Positions 13,094 to 25,482 of a stretch of 64,000 nt of DNA are shown one piece after another; positions within the stretch are counted from its first letter, which is position 1; each line of letters begins with the position of its first letter. Made by a program: the position numbers and the translations under genes. Source of the stretch: Haliotis rufescens (lineage: Eukaryota); assembly GCF_023055435.1 (NCBI RefSeq), contig NW_025964334.1:46376001-46440000 (forward strand), in the 5' to 3' direction. The notes under the pieces are model-generated. The model saw only the letters and a program-made list of their open reading frames with translations, did not search any database and was not told the origin of the DNA.

Positions 13094-14210
13094 TTAAATA
13101 CACAGGTTTTTTTTATAATATAAATAGTTTTAGTTGCTTCGTCTGTAACGTGTAATGATACATTAGATCACCTATGCAGAAGAATTATATGCTGCCAAAT
13201 GAATTGAATATTTCGAACATTATTTCCAGAACTTCTATTGACCGACTCATGGTCAAAGGGAGATAATTCTTTCGAATTACCTCCCTTGATCCATACCTAC
13301 ACCTTATGTAAGCACTTCACAAGCTGCTGCAACACGTCGTGGATACAAGTTCGTCCCCTGTGGTATGTAGTAACCTTTCTCACTGTCATCCAACTAGCGT
13401 ATGTCTAGCATGGAGCAGTAACAAAAGTTATATTGTAACTGAGACATCTAGCAAAGAGCCGCGATGTAGGGTCATGTCTTGACTGTAGGACCATCGCGGC
13501 TCTCGGCTATGGGACAGGCACCTCTGGTCGGGTGGGTATTGAGTAGGACCCGTGGTGAGTCAGGTGAAATATTGTTAAATGACAAACATTATCTATAACT
13601 CCATGGTTACAACTTACACTACAAGTCACTAATGTTAGCCTCTCTGATTATGCACGCATCCCTTCTGACATTCATATGTTGGAATAAATATAAAGATTCA
13701 GTCAGTTTCAGTGACCAGATCGTTTTATACGTGTATCTAAATACATTTTGCCAGGGCTACGGTCAAACTATTCCCAATCGGACAAATTGTACCCAACTCC
13801 TGATACCTACAGCGGGCACCGGGTGGGGTAGGGTAATAGGGGGTTGGGTACCCGGCTAGTACATTTGGATTCGTCCCAGCCCAACATTCATTCATGCAGG
13901 AGTGACAGATAAACCATACATAGGAGTTTAATTCATGTTGGTTTTTTTCCATATAGATCTAGGGAATACTACTTATTGTCATACTAGGAAGTATATGAGG
14001 AACATATGGAGTGTCAATCATACAACGAAACTTCACTGAAATCAGCCCATTGCACAGACATTGCTGTGTTATCAATTTGTGACTTCATGAGTAATGGATG
14101 ATGACGCATATTGTTCTCAATGAGGAATTAGTGTGATGTCCTGTCACCTCAACTAACCAATTCACCCTGGGATTATTACACAAGACCTATCTACCCTTAT
14201 TGGTAATATA

Positions 14211-14583
14211 TACTCTTTAAAAAATGAAACGCAAAGACATATTTGTGTGAGGTAGGAAAATACATTTATACAAGAAACCGTACAAGGTATTGAGCCAAAA
14301 TGTTGTGGAGAGAACACTTGGTGATTGTATTCATCTCAGTTATTGGTGCATGGGAATAGTCCAAGGTGAAGGTGAGCTACCATCAATAACGCGTATGTCC
14401 CCCGTTGGAATCGATAGTGGCCTGACACCTCCTGCCCATGGAAGAGACGAGTATGCGAAACACATCTATCCAATTCATCCCCCAGTTGCTCTATAGGGTT
14501 CAAATCCAGGGATATGGAGGGCCAGGGGAGAACAGCTTTTATGGCCCAAACTATCCATTTTGCACTTCTTTTTTTGAAGAGTA
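14211..14583. mobile_element. MITE with ~25-bp imperfect TIRs and TA ends
   Basis: tactctttaaaaaatgaaacgcaaa ... ttttgcacttcttttttttgaagagta. Confidence 0.55.
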
Positions 14584-16994
14584 TTTATGGGCAGCCATTC
14601 GGTAACAAAATACAAAGATGAAAAAAGGACAAAAGGACGCAAAAAAACGTCAGATATTACGAATAGAGAACTAAATGTTACAAATGAAGGTCAAAATATA
14701 AAACAAACGGAGGCCGGTAAAAAAATACAAAGCTGAAATAACGTAACAAGTATGCAATATTGATAGTCAAATGTTACGAAAAGACATAAGAAAAGAAAGA
14801 ACATTGTGTAAGAAAGAACGTCAGTGAGCATGAAAGGACTTTGACAGTAAAGAACACCAGATGGCGCTGCAATTTGTAAAAAATTCCGACTTTAATCGGC
14901 TTGTTCCACCGTGTATATGATAACTACATGCCGCGGTTCACGACCTATTACATCATTCCTCGTGCACTCACTGTCTGACGTATGCATGATGTACATATTG
15001 TGTATACATGGTGTGTTTAAGTATCGTCACCGGGCAAGGGCCGTTTCATAAATACAGTATACTATGTAATCTGGCATCTGCCTAATTAGTACATGTATTT
15101 AGTATACAACCTTCAATAAACACTCATTTGGCACTAAACCAGGATTAATCTACAATGATCCAATTATCTGTACATGCTTGGTGCAACACGAGGGTGCTAT
15201 GATGCTGAGTTTTGTTTCAGACGCACATTGTCATAACATCTGAAAAGTGAACACTGTGCGAGAATTTTTTTATTTAACCGCTTTTTGGAAACTGTGCATA
15301 TATATAATGTTATACATTCGTTAGGAAAAATAGCTTGCCATAAATGAAGAAAATCAATTTTCCTCTAAGGCATCAGCGTTCGTTTTCACACCTGATGTAT
15401 TTTGCTTGTTAACATCTAGACCATTTATATTTGCAACAAAGACAAGTTGTACGCTCACTTTGAAGTTGAATAAACTTTAAAATACATTACACAAACTCAC
15501 AGATTGGAATTCTGTGGGAAATTCTAATTTTTCTGATATCACACGCAGCCATTTTTAGGCAAAGTTAAATTACTGAAAAATATATATGAAAATTATGCTA
15601 CTTATGATATGTTACTAAATCACCATTCACTGCGTTATTTCGAGTACGTTTTTAAATCTAAATGTTGGATATATACTCGGAAAATTCAATAACGAAAACA
15701 GCACATTAGTGATCACGTATATGTGTGGTTTATCACATCAATAATGATAATTCGGAAATGTCGCAGATAACCCGAGAATCGTTTGAAATGTTTTAGAAAA
15801 TAAGCAAACACGAACCTCATATTGGATAGTGTTTACTAAATCCCGTTTCTTGTATGCCGGTTATGAGACGCATATTACATCACATATATTTCACACACAG
15901 CTTCGATGTATACATCCCCGAATTACGCATACATTTTAGCATCAACTTACAACTTGTCTTTGTTACAAATATCAATGGTCTAGATGTAACCAGCGAAATA
16001 AATCAGGTGTGGAAACGAACGCTGATGCCATAGAGGAAAATTGATTTTCTTTATTAATGGCATGCTATTTTACCTAACGAATGTATGACGTTATACATAT
16101 GCATACAAATCCATTTGATGTATATTTTTGTTGTTCAGATATTAGGCAACATTTTATTCACACACAGTTTTCGAAAAGCTGTTAAATAAAACAAATTTCA
16201 CAACGTTTACTTTTCAGATGTTATGAAAATGTGCGTCTGAAACAAAACTCGGCATCATAGCACCCTCGTGTTGCACCAAGCATGAACAGTTATTGGATCA
16301 TTGTAGATTTATCCTAGTTTAGCATCAAATGAGTGTTTATTGAATGTTGTATACTAAATACATGTACTAATTAGGCAGATGCCAGATTACATAGTATATT
16401 GTATTTATGAAATGGCTCTTGCCCGATGACGATACTTAAACGCACCATGTGTATAAACAATATGTACATCATGCATACGTCAGACGGTAAGTGCACGAGG
16501 AATGACGTAATACATCGTGAACCTCGGCATGTAGTTATCATATACACGGTGGAACAAGCCGATTAAAGTCGGAATGATTACAAATTGCAGCGTCATCTGG
16601 CGTTCTATATTGTCAAAGTCCTCTCGTGCTCAGTGACATTCTTTTGTACACATTGTTCTTTTGTTTCTTAAGATGTCTTTTCGTAACATTTGACTATCAA
16701 TATTGCAAACTTTTTACCTTTATTTCAACTTTGTTTTTGTTTAACTGGTGTCTGTTTGTTTTGTATGTTGACGTTTATTAGAAACATTTAATACTTTATT
16801 AGTGACATTTGACTGTTTTTGTGTACTTTCGAACTTTATTTCAGCTTCGTATTTTTTTACTGGCATCCGTTTGTTTTGTATTTTGATCTTTATTAGTAAC
16901 ATTTAGTTCTTTATTTGTAATATTTGACCTTTATCGTGTACTTTTGTCCTTTTTTACAACTTTGTATTTTTGACCGAATGGCTGCACATAAATA
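14582..16994. mobile_element. Foldback-type element with ~0.9-1.05-kb inverted arms
   Basis: 14582-~15455 is the reverse complement of ~15945-16994; e.g. gactttaatcggcttgttccaccgtgtatatgataactacatg versus its inverse at 16528-16570. Spacer ~490 bp; AT-rich subterminal repeats. Confidence 0.88.
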
Positions 16995-17108
16995 TATGCT
17001 TTCATCATGTTTACTAAACTAAATATTTCAGCTCTTATTCCTATAAACTAACTTTGGGCAGAATTAAAAAGTTGAATAGAATTTGATCACATTGGTGCTA
17101 AGAATGAG

Positions 17109-20100
17109 ATGGCAAATATTTTGAATCCTCAGCAAATGCAATCCCCAAGAGTGGCCATTGTGGGTGGAGGAGTATCTGGCCTGGTTTGTGCTGCCAGGCT
17201 CGGGCAGCTGAACATTCACGATGTAACCGTGTTTGACACAGGTAAAGTGGCACTCCCTGTAGTATAAGGACATTTGTTCACACATCTGCTGACCTGTGAA
17301 AGGAGGTATTGATAATACAATGTATATTAAGTTTAACCAGGTCATTTGTAAATTTATCTAAATGGGGGTTACAGTTAGCACTGGCTCAATATTTGAAGCA
17401 TTATCAACCATTTCAAAATTGTATATGTATGCACAAGCATGACCAATGGAACAAGAAGTCAATGGCCACATTCTGACTTTCCATTGATGTGATTCTCAGT
17501 TACATAATTCAAAGAATCTTTTGGAATAAAATATAAAACTGTGTGTGCTTCTACAAGATTTGTATATTAGATATATTTATGTTGTTAATGCTTCATCATG
17601 CAGGTCAAAATGCAGTGGGAGGTCGCTGCTCATCTCGCCATGTGCCGATTGAGGGGAAAACATACATATTTGACCACTCAGCTCAGTACTTCACAGTCAC
17701 GGACAAAAGGTTTGCTAAAATTGTCAGTTTTCTGCACTCCAAAGGGGCAGTGAAAGTGTGGTCAGGTAACATTGGACATCTCAAGAAGGGCAGATTCTCG
17801 ACAGATGCTAATATCACTCAGGCTTTTATTGGCAGTGAGGGAATGAGGTCTGTGGTGGAATGTCTGGCATCACTTGTCAAAGTACAGCGGCCTTGTTGGA
17901 TTGGCAGTGTCAGCTTCGACAGTGTGTCTAGGAAATGGCAGGTAGACAAGTATGGCTTCTTTGACTATTTGGTTGTAGCTCACAATGGTAAGTGTGCTGA
18001 CAAGTTAATGTCAAACGCTGGAGTACCCGACATTCATAGACTGCTGACAGTGAGGTTTGGGGATCATCTTGTCTCCAGGGATCCACGGATGCAACTTTGT
18101 TCATTGTGGGTTCTACTGGTTGCATTCAGAGAGCCACTTAAACTCCCCTTTCAGGGAGCACATGTTGAACATCAAGATATATCATGGATTGCAAACAACA
18201 CTGCCAAGCTAGGACAGAAATTTCCTGCTAGTAAGATTGAATGTTGGACAGTGTTTAGTACGAGAGAGTTCGGCACAGCAAACAAGGTTCCTCAGGAGAA
18301 CATTCCCCCGGGGAAGGCCCAAGGCGTTACCAGCAAGCTGCTCGATGCATTCAGCCAGGCCACGGGGAAGGGCCAGCTCCCCGCCGTCGTGTATTCCCGA
18401 GTACAGTTGTGGGGGGCAGCTGTGCCCATGAATGTGTTGGGAACAGATGAGGAGTGTGTGTTTGACAGCTTCAGTAATGTGGGTATTTGTGGGGACTGGC
18501 TGGTGAGCCCCTGTATTCAGGGGGCAGCGCTCAGCGGGCTCGCTCTAGCAGAGAGGATACATCAACACTGTAATGGTAGGTGTCAGTCTTAAAAAGATGC
18601 AGTTTGGAGGAATGGTGAAATTACTATAGTCAAAAAATATTATGCTCATTTGGAAACAAAAGGAATCTTTCGTAAATAATGTATACATAAGATGTGCTTA
18701 CCTAGTCTCTCAGTCCCATTTATTAAGCGGGAAAAGAAACTGTTGGACATTATTAGTAATGGTGTCTTTATGGTGTCTTATATGACACCGTATACCCGGT
18801 ACGGCAACTTAAGACACCATAACAAATTTATTATGCCGGAAAGTGTACACTATTTGGTATCTTCATGGCACATGTGATGTCAAAATAAAAACTTGACACT
18901 TACAACCAATATAAATGACAGGACCAGTACATATGTTTCCAATACAACGCTTTAGTTTAAACACAAACGTTAACAATTGGAATATATAATGCATTAGATG
19001 TGGACGTTTAAACATTTATTATTGCTAAATGGATATATTTATCATTAAAATTGCCTGCAGAAATCTGCAGTGTGAGGAAATGCTTACCAGGTACTATTGT
19101 GGATATATTGTAGTGTAAGGGCCATGCTTACCAGGTACTATTGTGGATATATTGTAGTGTAAGGGCCATGCTTACCAGGTGCTATTGCGGATATATTGCA
19201 GTGTAAGGAAATGCTTACCAGGTGCTATTGTGGATATATTGCAGTGTAAGGAAATGCTTACCAGGGGCTATTGTGGATATATTGTAGTGTTAGGAAATGC
19301 TTACCAGGTACTTTTTTGGGTATATTGCAGTGTAAGGGCCATGCTTACCAGGTACTATTGTGGATATATTGCAGTGTAAGGGCCATGCTTACCAGGTGCT
19401 ATTGTGGATATATTGCAGTGTAAGGAAATGCTTACCAGGTACTATTGTGGATATATTACAGTGTAAGGGCCATGCTTACCAGGTACTATTGTGGATATAT
19501 TACAGTGTAAGGGCCATGCTTACCAGGTACTATTGTGGATATATTACAGTGTAAGGGCCATGCTTACCAGGTACTATTGTGGATATATTACAGTGTAAGG
19601 GCCATGCTTACCAGGTCTTGTTATCATGGATGTCATGCATCATGTTCGATCCATTCTGCCGCTTTTTCAGTGTTCCTGTTTAATTCGCTGGACTGCCAGT
19701 CCCTATGGACCGGCAAATAAAGTACCTCATAAATCTTTGTATTTGAAAAAAACATTGGCGATATTCATAAAAGTATTTTTTTTTTTAACGAAGTTAGCTT
19801 GTCTGTTACCATCAGGGTTCCCCCTTGTCTAATTTGCCACGAAATATTAAAAAAAAGAAGAAACTTGTGACATGTAGATCTAACTATGTTACTCCAGAGA
19901 TGACGGCATTGCTTTGAAAACTAAAGAACTTAACTGAGAACTAAAACCAGGTTTTTTTCATATGTTTTTTTATTTATAGACTGACACAAAATTTGGGTGG
20001 ACTGGTAATTTTTGAGTTGCCATTCAACAAGGACTGGCAGTTTCAAAAGCCAGCAGGAACACTGTTCTTGTATTATTGTTTTAAAACTTTAATGCAACTG

Positions 20101-20262
20101 TTTTGCAATGCAAAAGAGAAAAATATAGCACCATCTGCTTTTTCAGGGGTGGCCATCACCAGCACCAGTGTGAAGCCTGTGTTTGTGCCAGCCAGTGGTC
20201 ACATGATAGGGGCCTTCCCCACAGACAGGAACATGATCTTCACTCCCAACAAGTCACAGTAG
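17109..20262 (+). CDS. Renalase-like FAD/NAD(P)-dependent oxidoreductase (~406 aa)
   Basis: Exons 17109-17241 (MANILNPQQMQSPRVAIVGGGVSGL, GxGxxG Rossmann motif), 17604-18575 (GGRCSSR, FDHSAQYFT, AHNGKCA, NKVPQENIP, QLWGAA, GICGDW) and 20147-20262 (GHMIGAFP...SQ*). Phases 1/1 are consistent. Probable 5'UTR intron 13555-17031. Confidence 0.88.
19065..19615. repeat. 43-44-bp minisatellite (~12 copies) in an intron of the oxidoreductase gene
   Basis: Unit gtgtaagggccatgcttaccaggtactattgtggatatattgca. Confidence 0.93.
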
Positions 20263-23200
20263 GTGTTGCCAGCACAGACAGGAACATGATCTTCACTCTC
20301 AACAAGTCACAGTAGGTGTTGCCAGCACAGACAGGAACATGATCTTCACTCCCAACAAGTCACAGTAGGTGTTGCCAGCACAGACAGGAACATGATCTTC
20401 ACTCCCAACAAGTCACAGTAGGTGTTGCCAGCACAGACAGGAACATGATCTTCACTCCCAACAAGTTATAGCAGGTGTTGCCAGCACAGACAGGAACATG
20501 ATCTTCACTCCCAACAAGTCATAGCCGGTGTTGCCAGCACAGACAGGAACATGATCTTCACTCCCTACAAGTTATAGCAGGTGTTGCCAGCACAGACAGG
20601 AACATAATCTTTACTCCCAACAAGTCACAGCAGGTGCTTGCCAGCACAGACAGGAACATGATCTTCACTCCCAACAAGTTATAGCAGGTGCTTGCCAGCA
20701 CAGACAGGAACATGATCTTCACTCCCAACAAATCATAGCCGGTGTTGCCAGCACAGACAGGAACATGAACTTCACTCCCAACAAGTTATAGCAGGTGTTG
20801 CCAGCACAGACAGGAACATGATCTTTACTCCCAACAAGTCACAGCAGGTGCTTGCCAGCACAGACAGGAACATGATCTTCACTCCCAACAAGTTATAGCA
20901 GGTGCTTGCCAGCACAGACAGGAACATGATCTTCACTCCAAACAAGTCACAGCAGGTGCTTGCCAGCACAGACAGGAACATGATCTTCACTCCCAACAAG
21001 TTATAGCAGGTGCTTGCCAGCACAGACAGGAACATGATCTTCACTCCCAACAAATCATAGCCGGTGTTGCCAGCACAGACAGGAACATGAACTTCACTCC
21101 CAACAAATCATAGCTGGTGTTGCCAGCACAGACAGGAACATGATCTTCACTCCCAACAAATCATAGCAGGTGTTGCCAGCACAGACAGGAACATGAACTT
21201 CACTCCCAACAAGTTATAGCAGGTGTTGCCAGCACAGACAGGAACATGAACTTCACTCCCAACAAATCATAGCCGGTGTTGCCAGCACAGACAGGAACAT
21301 GATCTTCACTCCCAACAAGTTATAGCCGGTGTTGCCAGCACAGACAGGAACATGAACTTCACTCCAAACAAATCATAGCCGGTGTTGCCAGCACAGACAG
21401 GAACATGATCTTCACTCCCAACAAATCATAGCAGGTGTTGCCAGCACAGACAGGAACATGATCTTCACTCCCAACAAATCATAGCCGGTGTTGCCAGCAC
21501 AGACAGGAACATGATCTTCACTCCCAACAAATCATAGCCGGTGTTGCCAGCACAGACAGGAACATGATCTTCACTCCCAACAAGTTATAGCAGGTGTTGC
21601 CAGCACAGACAGGAACATAATCTTCACTCCCAACAAATCATAGCCGGTGTTGCCAGCACAGACAGGAACATGAACTTCACTCCCAACAAATCATAGCCGG
21701 TGTTGCCAGCACAGACAGGAACATGATCTTCACTCCCAACAAGTTATAGCAGATGTTGCCAGCACAGACAGGAACATGAACTTCACTCCCAACAAATCAT
21801 AGCCGGTGTTGCCAGCACAGACAGGAACATGATCTTCACTCCCAACAAGTTATAGCAGGTGTTGCCAGCACAGACAGGAACATGATCTTCACTCCCAACA
21901 AATCATAGCCGGTGTTGCCAGCACAGACAGGAACATGATCTTCACTCACAACAAGTTATAGCAGGTGTTGCCAGCACAGACAGGAACATGATCTTCACTC
22001 CCAACAAATCATAGCCGGTGTTGCCAGCACAGACAGGAACATGATCTTCACTCCCAACAAGTTATAGCAGGTGTTGCCAGCACAGACAGGAACATGAACT
22101 TCACTCCCAACTAATCATAGCTGGTGTTGCCAGCACAGACAGGAATATGATCTTCACTCCCAACAAGTTATAGCAGGTGTTGCCAGCACAGACAGGAACA
22201 TAATCTTCACTCCCAACAAGTCACAGCAGGTGCTTGCCAGCACAGACAGGAACATGATCTTCACTCCCAACAAGTTATAGCAGGTGCTTGCCAGCACAGA
22301 CAGGAACATGATCTTCACTCCCAACAAATCATAGCCGGTGTTGCCAGCACAGACAGGAACATGAACTTCACTCCCAACAAGTTATAGCAGGTGTTGCCAG
22401 CACAGACAGGAACATGAACTTCACTCCCAACAAATCATAGCCGGTGTTGCCAGCACAGACAGGAACATGATCTTCACTCCCAACAAGTTATAGCAGGTGT
22501 TGCCAGCACAGACAGGAACATGATCTTCACTCCCAACAAATCATAGCCGGTGTTGCCAGCACAGACAGGAACATGAACTTCACTCCCAACAAGTTATAGC
22601 AGGTGTTGCCAGCACAGACAGGAACATGATCTTCACTCCCAACAAGTTATAGCAGGTGTTGCCAGCACAGACAGGAACATGATCTTCACTCCCAACAAAT
22701 CATAGCCGGTGTTGCCAGCACAGACAGGAACATGAACTTCACTCCAAACAAGTTATAGCAGGTGTTGCCAGCACAGACAGGAACATGATCTTCACTCCCA
22801 ACAAGTTATAGCAGGTGTTGCCAGCACAGACAGGAACATGATCTTCACTCCCAACAAATCATAGCCGGTGTTGCCAGCACAGACAGGAACATGAACTTCA
22901 CTCCCAACAAGTTATAGCAGGTGTTGCCAGCACAGACAGGAACATGATCTTCACTCCCAACAAATCATAGCCGGTGTTGCCAGCACAGACAGGAACATGA
23001 ACTTCACTCCCAACAAGTTATAGCAGGTGTTGCCAGCACAGACAGGAACATGATCTTCACTCCCAACAAATCATAGCCGGTGTTGCCAGCACAGACAGGA
23101 ACATGATCTTCACTCCCAACAAGTTATAGAAGGTGCTTGCCAGCACAGACAGGAACATGATCTTCACTCCCAACAAGTCACAGTAAGTGTTGCCAGCACA

Positions 23201-23814
23201 GACAGGAACATGAACTTCACTCCCAACAAGTCACAGTAAGTGTTGCCAGCACAGACAGGAACATGAACTTCACTCCCAACAAGTCACAGCAGGTGCTTGC
23301 CAGCACAGACAGGAACATGATCTTCACTCCCAACAAGTCACAGTAAGTGTTGCCAGCACAGACAGGAACATGAACTTCACTCCCAACAAGTCACAGCAGG
23401 TGCTTGCCAGCACAGACAGGAACATGATCTTCACTCCCAACAAATCATAGCAGGTGTTGCCAGCACAGACAGGAACATAATCTTCACTCCCAACAAGTCA
23501 CAGCAGGTGCTTGCCAGCACAGACAGGAACATGATCTTCACTCCCAACAAGTTATAGCAGGTGCTTGCCAGCACAGACAGGAACATGATCTTCACTCCCA
23601 ACAAGTTATAGCAGGTGCTTGCCAGCACAGACAGGAACATGATCTTCACTCCCAACAAATCATAGCCGGTGTTGCCAGCACAGACAGGAACATGAACTTC
23701 ACTCCCAACAAGTTATAGCAGGTGTTGCCAGCACAGACAGGAACGTGATCTTCACTCCCAACAAATCATAGCAGGTGTTGCCAGCACAGACAGGAACATG
23801 ATCTTCACTCCCAA
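20220..23814. repeat. 53/54-bp minisatellite (~67 copies) that begins inside the last coding exon of the oxidoreductase
   Basis: Unit cacagacaggaacatgatcttcactcccaacaagtcacagtaggtgttgccag. The first unit supplies codons TDRNMIFTPNKSQ and the TAG stop (20260-20262). Confidence 0.96.
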
Positions 23815-23827
23815 ATTGTCAACTATT

Positions 23828-25482
23828 GCTCTGTGTTGAGGGAGAACAAGTCACAGAGTGACATCAACAAATCATTTCTTACACCAACTTGATATTTTGG
23901 TAACAAGAATGAATGAAAGGAAATTCCTGTAAAATGTAATATTTAAAAAATAATACCAAAATTAAGTAGTGCCTTATTTATAGAGTTTAATCAGAAATGT
24001 ATGTTAGCAATGAAGACAAATGCAGTGTGGGTAAACTGAGTGTAGACAAGTGTAGTGTGGGTAAACTGAGTGTAGACAAATGTAGTGTGGGTAAACTAAG
24101 TGTAGACAAATGTAGCGTGGGTAAACTAAGTGTAGACAAATGTAGCGTGGGTAAACTGAGTGTAGACAAATGTAGCGTGGGTAAACTGAGTGTAGACAAA
24201 TGTAGCGTGGGTAAACTGAGTGTAGACAAATGTAGCGGGGGTAAACTGAGTGTAGACAAATGTAGCGGGGGTAAACTGAGTGTAGAGTGTAGACAAATGT
24301 AGCGTGGGTAAACTGAGTGTAGACAAATGTAGTGTGGGTAAACTGAGTGTAGAGTGTAGACAAATGTAGTGTGGGTAAACTGAGTGTAGACAAGTGTAGT
24401 GTGGGTAAACAGTGTAGACAAATGTAGTGTGGGTAAACTGAGTGTAGACAAATGTAGTGTGGGTAAACTGAGTGTAGACAAATGTAGCGTGGGTAAACTG
24501 AGTGTAGACAAATGTAGCGTGGGTTAACTGAATGCCGACCACCAGACAGGGTAGCAACAAGTACCATCTATTAACATATTATGGGGATCAAACCCTGGAC
24601 CTTTCGTCCTCTGGGCGGACGCTCTACCACTAGTCTAAGCAGACAGTCAAAGTATTGTTTTAAACCGTCCAACATGCTAGGAGTACCAAGTGACCATGCC
24701 AAGTCACTAGAATCTTTGAAAAATCATCACAAACTAGAGGATGTGAAATTTACTAGATTTATTATATAAAATAACTGACAAAAACAAGTTCACTTCAAAA
24801 ACGTTTTTGAACACTTTGTTCATGTTATGTATACAGGAGAGATTAAATAGGAATATGGTATGTACAAATGACAGGTATTGACTTCCTCAAGTCTTCATCG
24901 ACACATACAATGTACATAGAGTATACACAATGTACTCACTGATGACTTAAGCATGTTTCGTCGATCAGAAAGAGGAAAAACACTAAAATGAACAAAAACA
25001 GTAATCAAGGGGATCCCAAATACTGTTTGTTAATGATCAACAAAGGATCACTTTATTGCATTTTGGCTTCATTTTATCGCAGCTGTATATGCATAGACAA
25101 GAGTGGTTCAAAAACTACTACTTCATGAAGTAAAACAACAGATTCAGGGTCATAAATATGCAGTAAAATTCTATTAAGATGAAGATGGGGATCTGACAGT
25201 GTAAAATAACAATCTTGTATAGAGACGATACAAACATGTAAAGGTCATCGAAATTCCTATAGTAGTGAACCCATGTCATGTGGTAACAACTTGAACAAGG
25301 TCAAGGTTAAGTCAGCTCTGTGTTGAGGGAGAACAAGTCACAGAGTGACATCAACAAATCATTTCTTACACCAACTTGATATTTTGGTAACAAGAATGAA
25401 TGAAAGGAAATTCCCGTTAAATGTAATATTTAAAAAATAATACCAAAATTAAGTAGTGCCTTATTTATAGAGTTTAATCAGG
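23828..25482 (+). repeat. ~166-bp near-identical direct repeat pair (23828-23993 and 25315-25482)
   Basis: gctctgtgttgagggagaacaagtcacagagtgac...atagagtttaatcag occurs twice with very few mismatches. Confidence 0.9.
24012..24530. repeat. 30-bp minisatellite (~17 copies) running into a SINE fragment
   Basis: Unit tgtagacaaatgtagtgtgggtaaactgag. It is followed by accagacagggtagcaacaagtaccat, which is shared with the SINE at 43861-44120. Confidence 0.92.

Noticed and set aside
17543-18592. Single-exon 349-aa protein as given in the ORF track
   Set aside because: It lacks the N-terminal GxGxxG FAD motif, which is in exon 17109-17241. Its first 20 codons are intronic, and a donor at 18576 joins in frame to an exon with a family-like C-terminal motif.
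20220-23814. CRISPR-like regular repeat array
   Set aside because: Units are contiguous with no unique spacers, there are no cas genes, and the context is eukaryotic. The same applies to the other arrays.
23987-24567. Repetitive ORFs (LSTLSLPTLH / DKCSVGKLSV)
   Set aside because: Artefacts of the 30-bp minisatellite.
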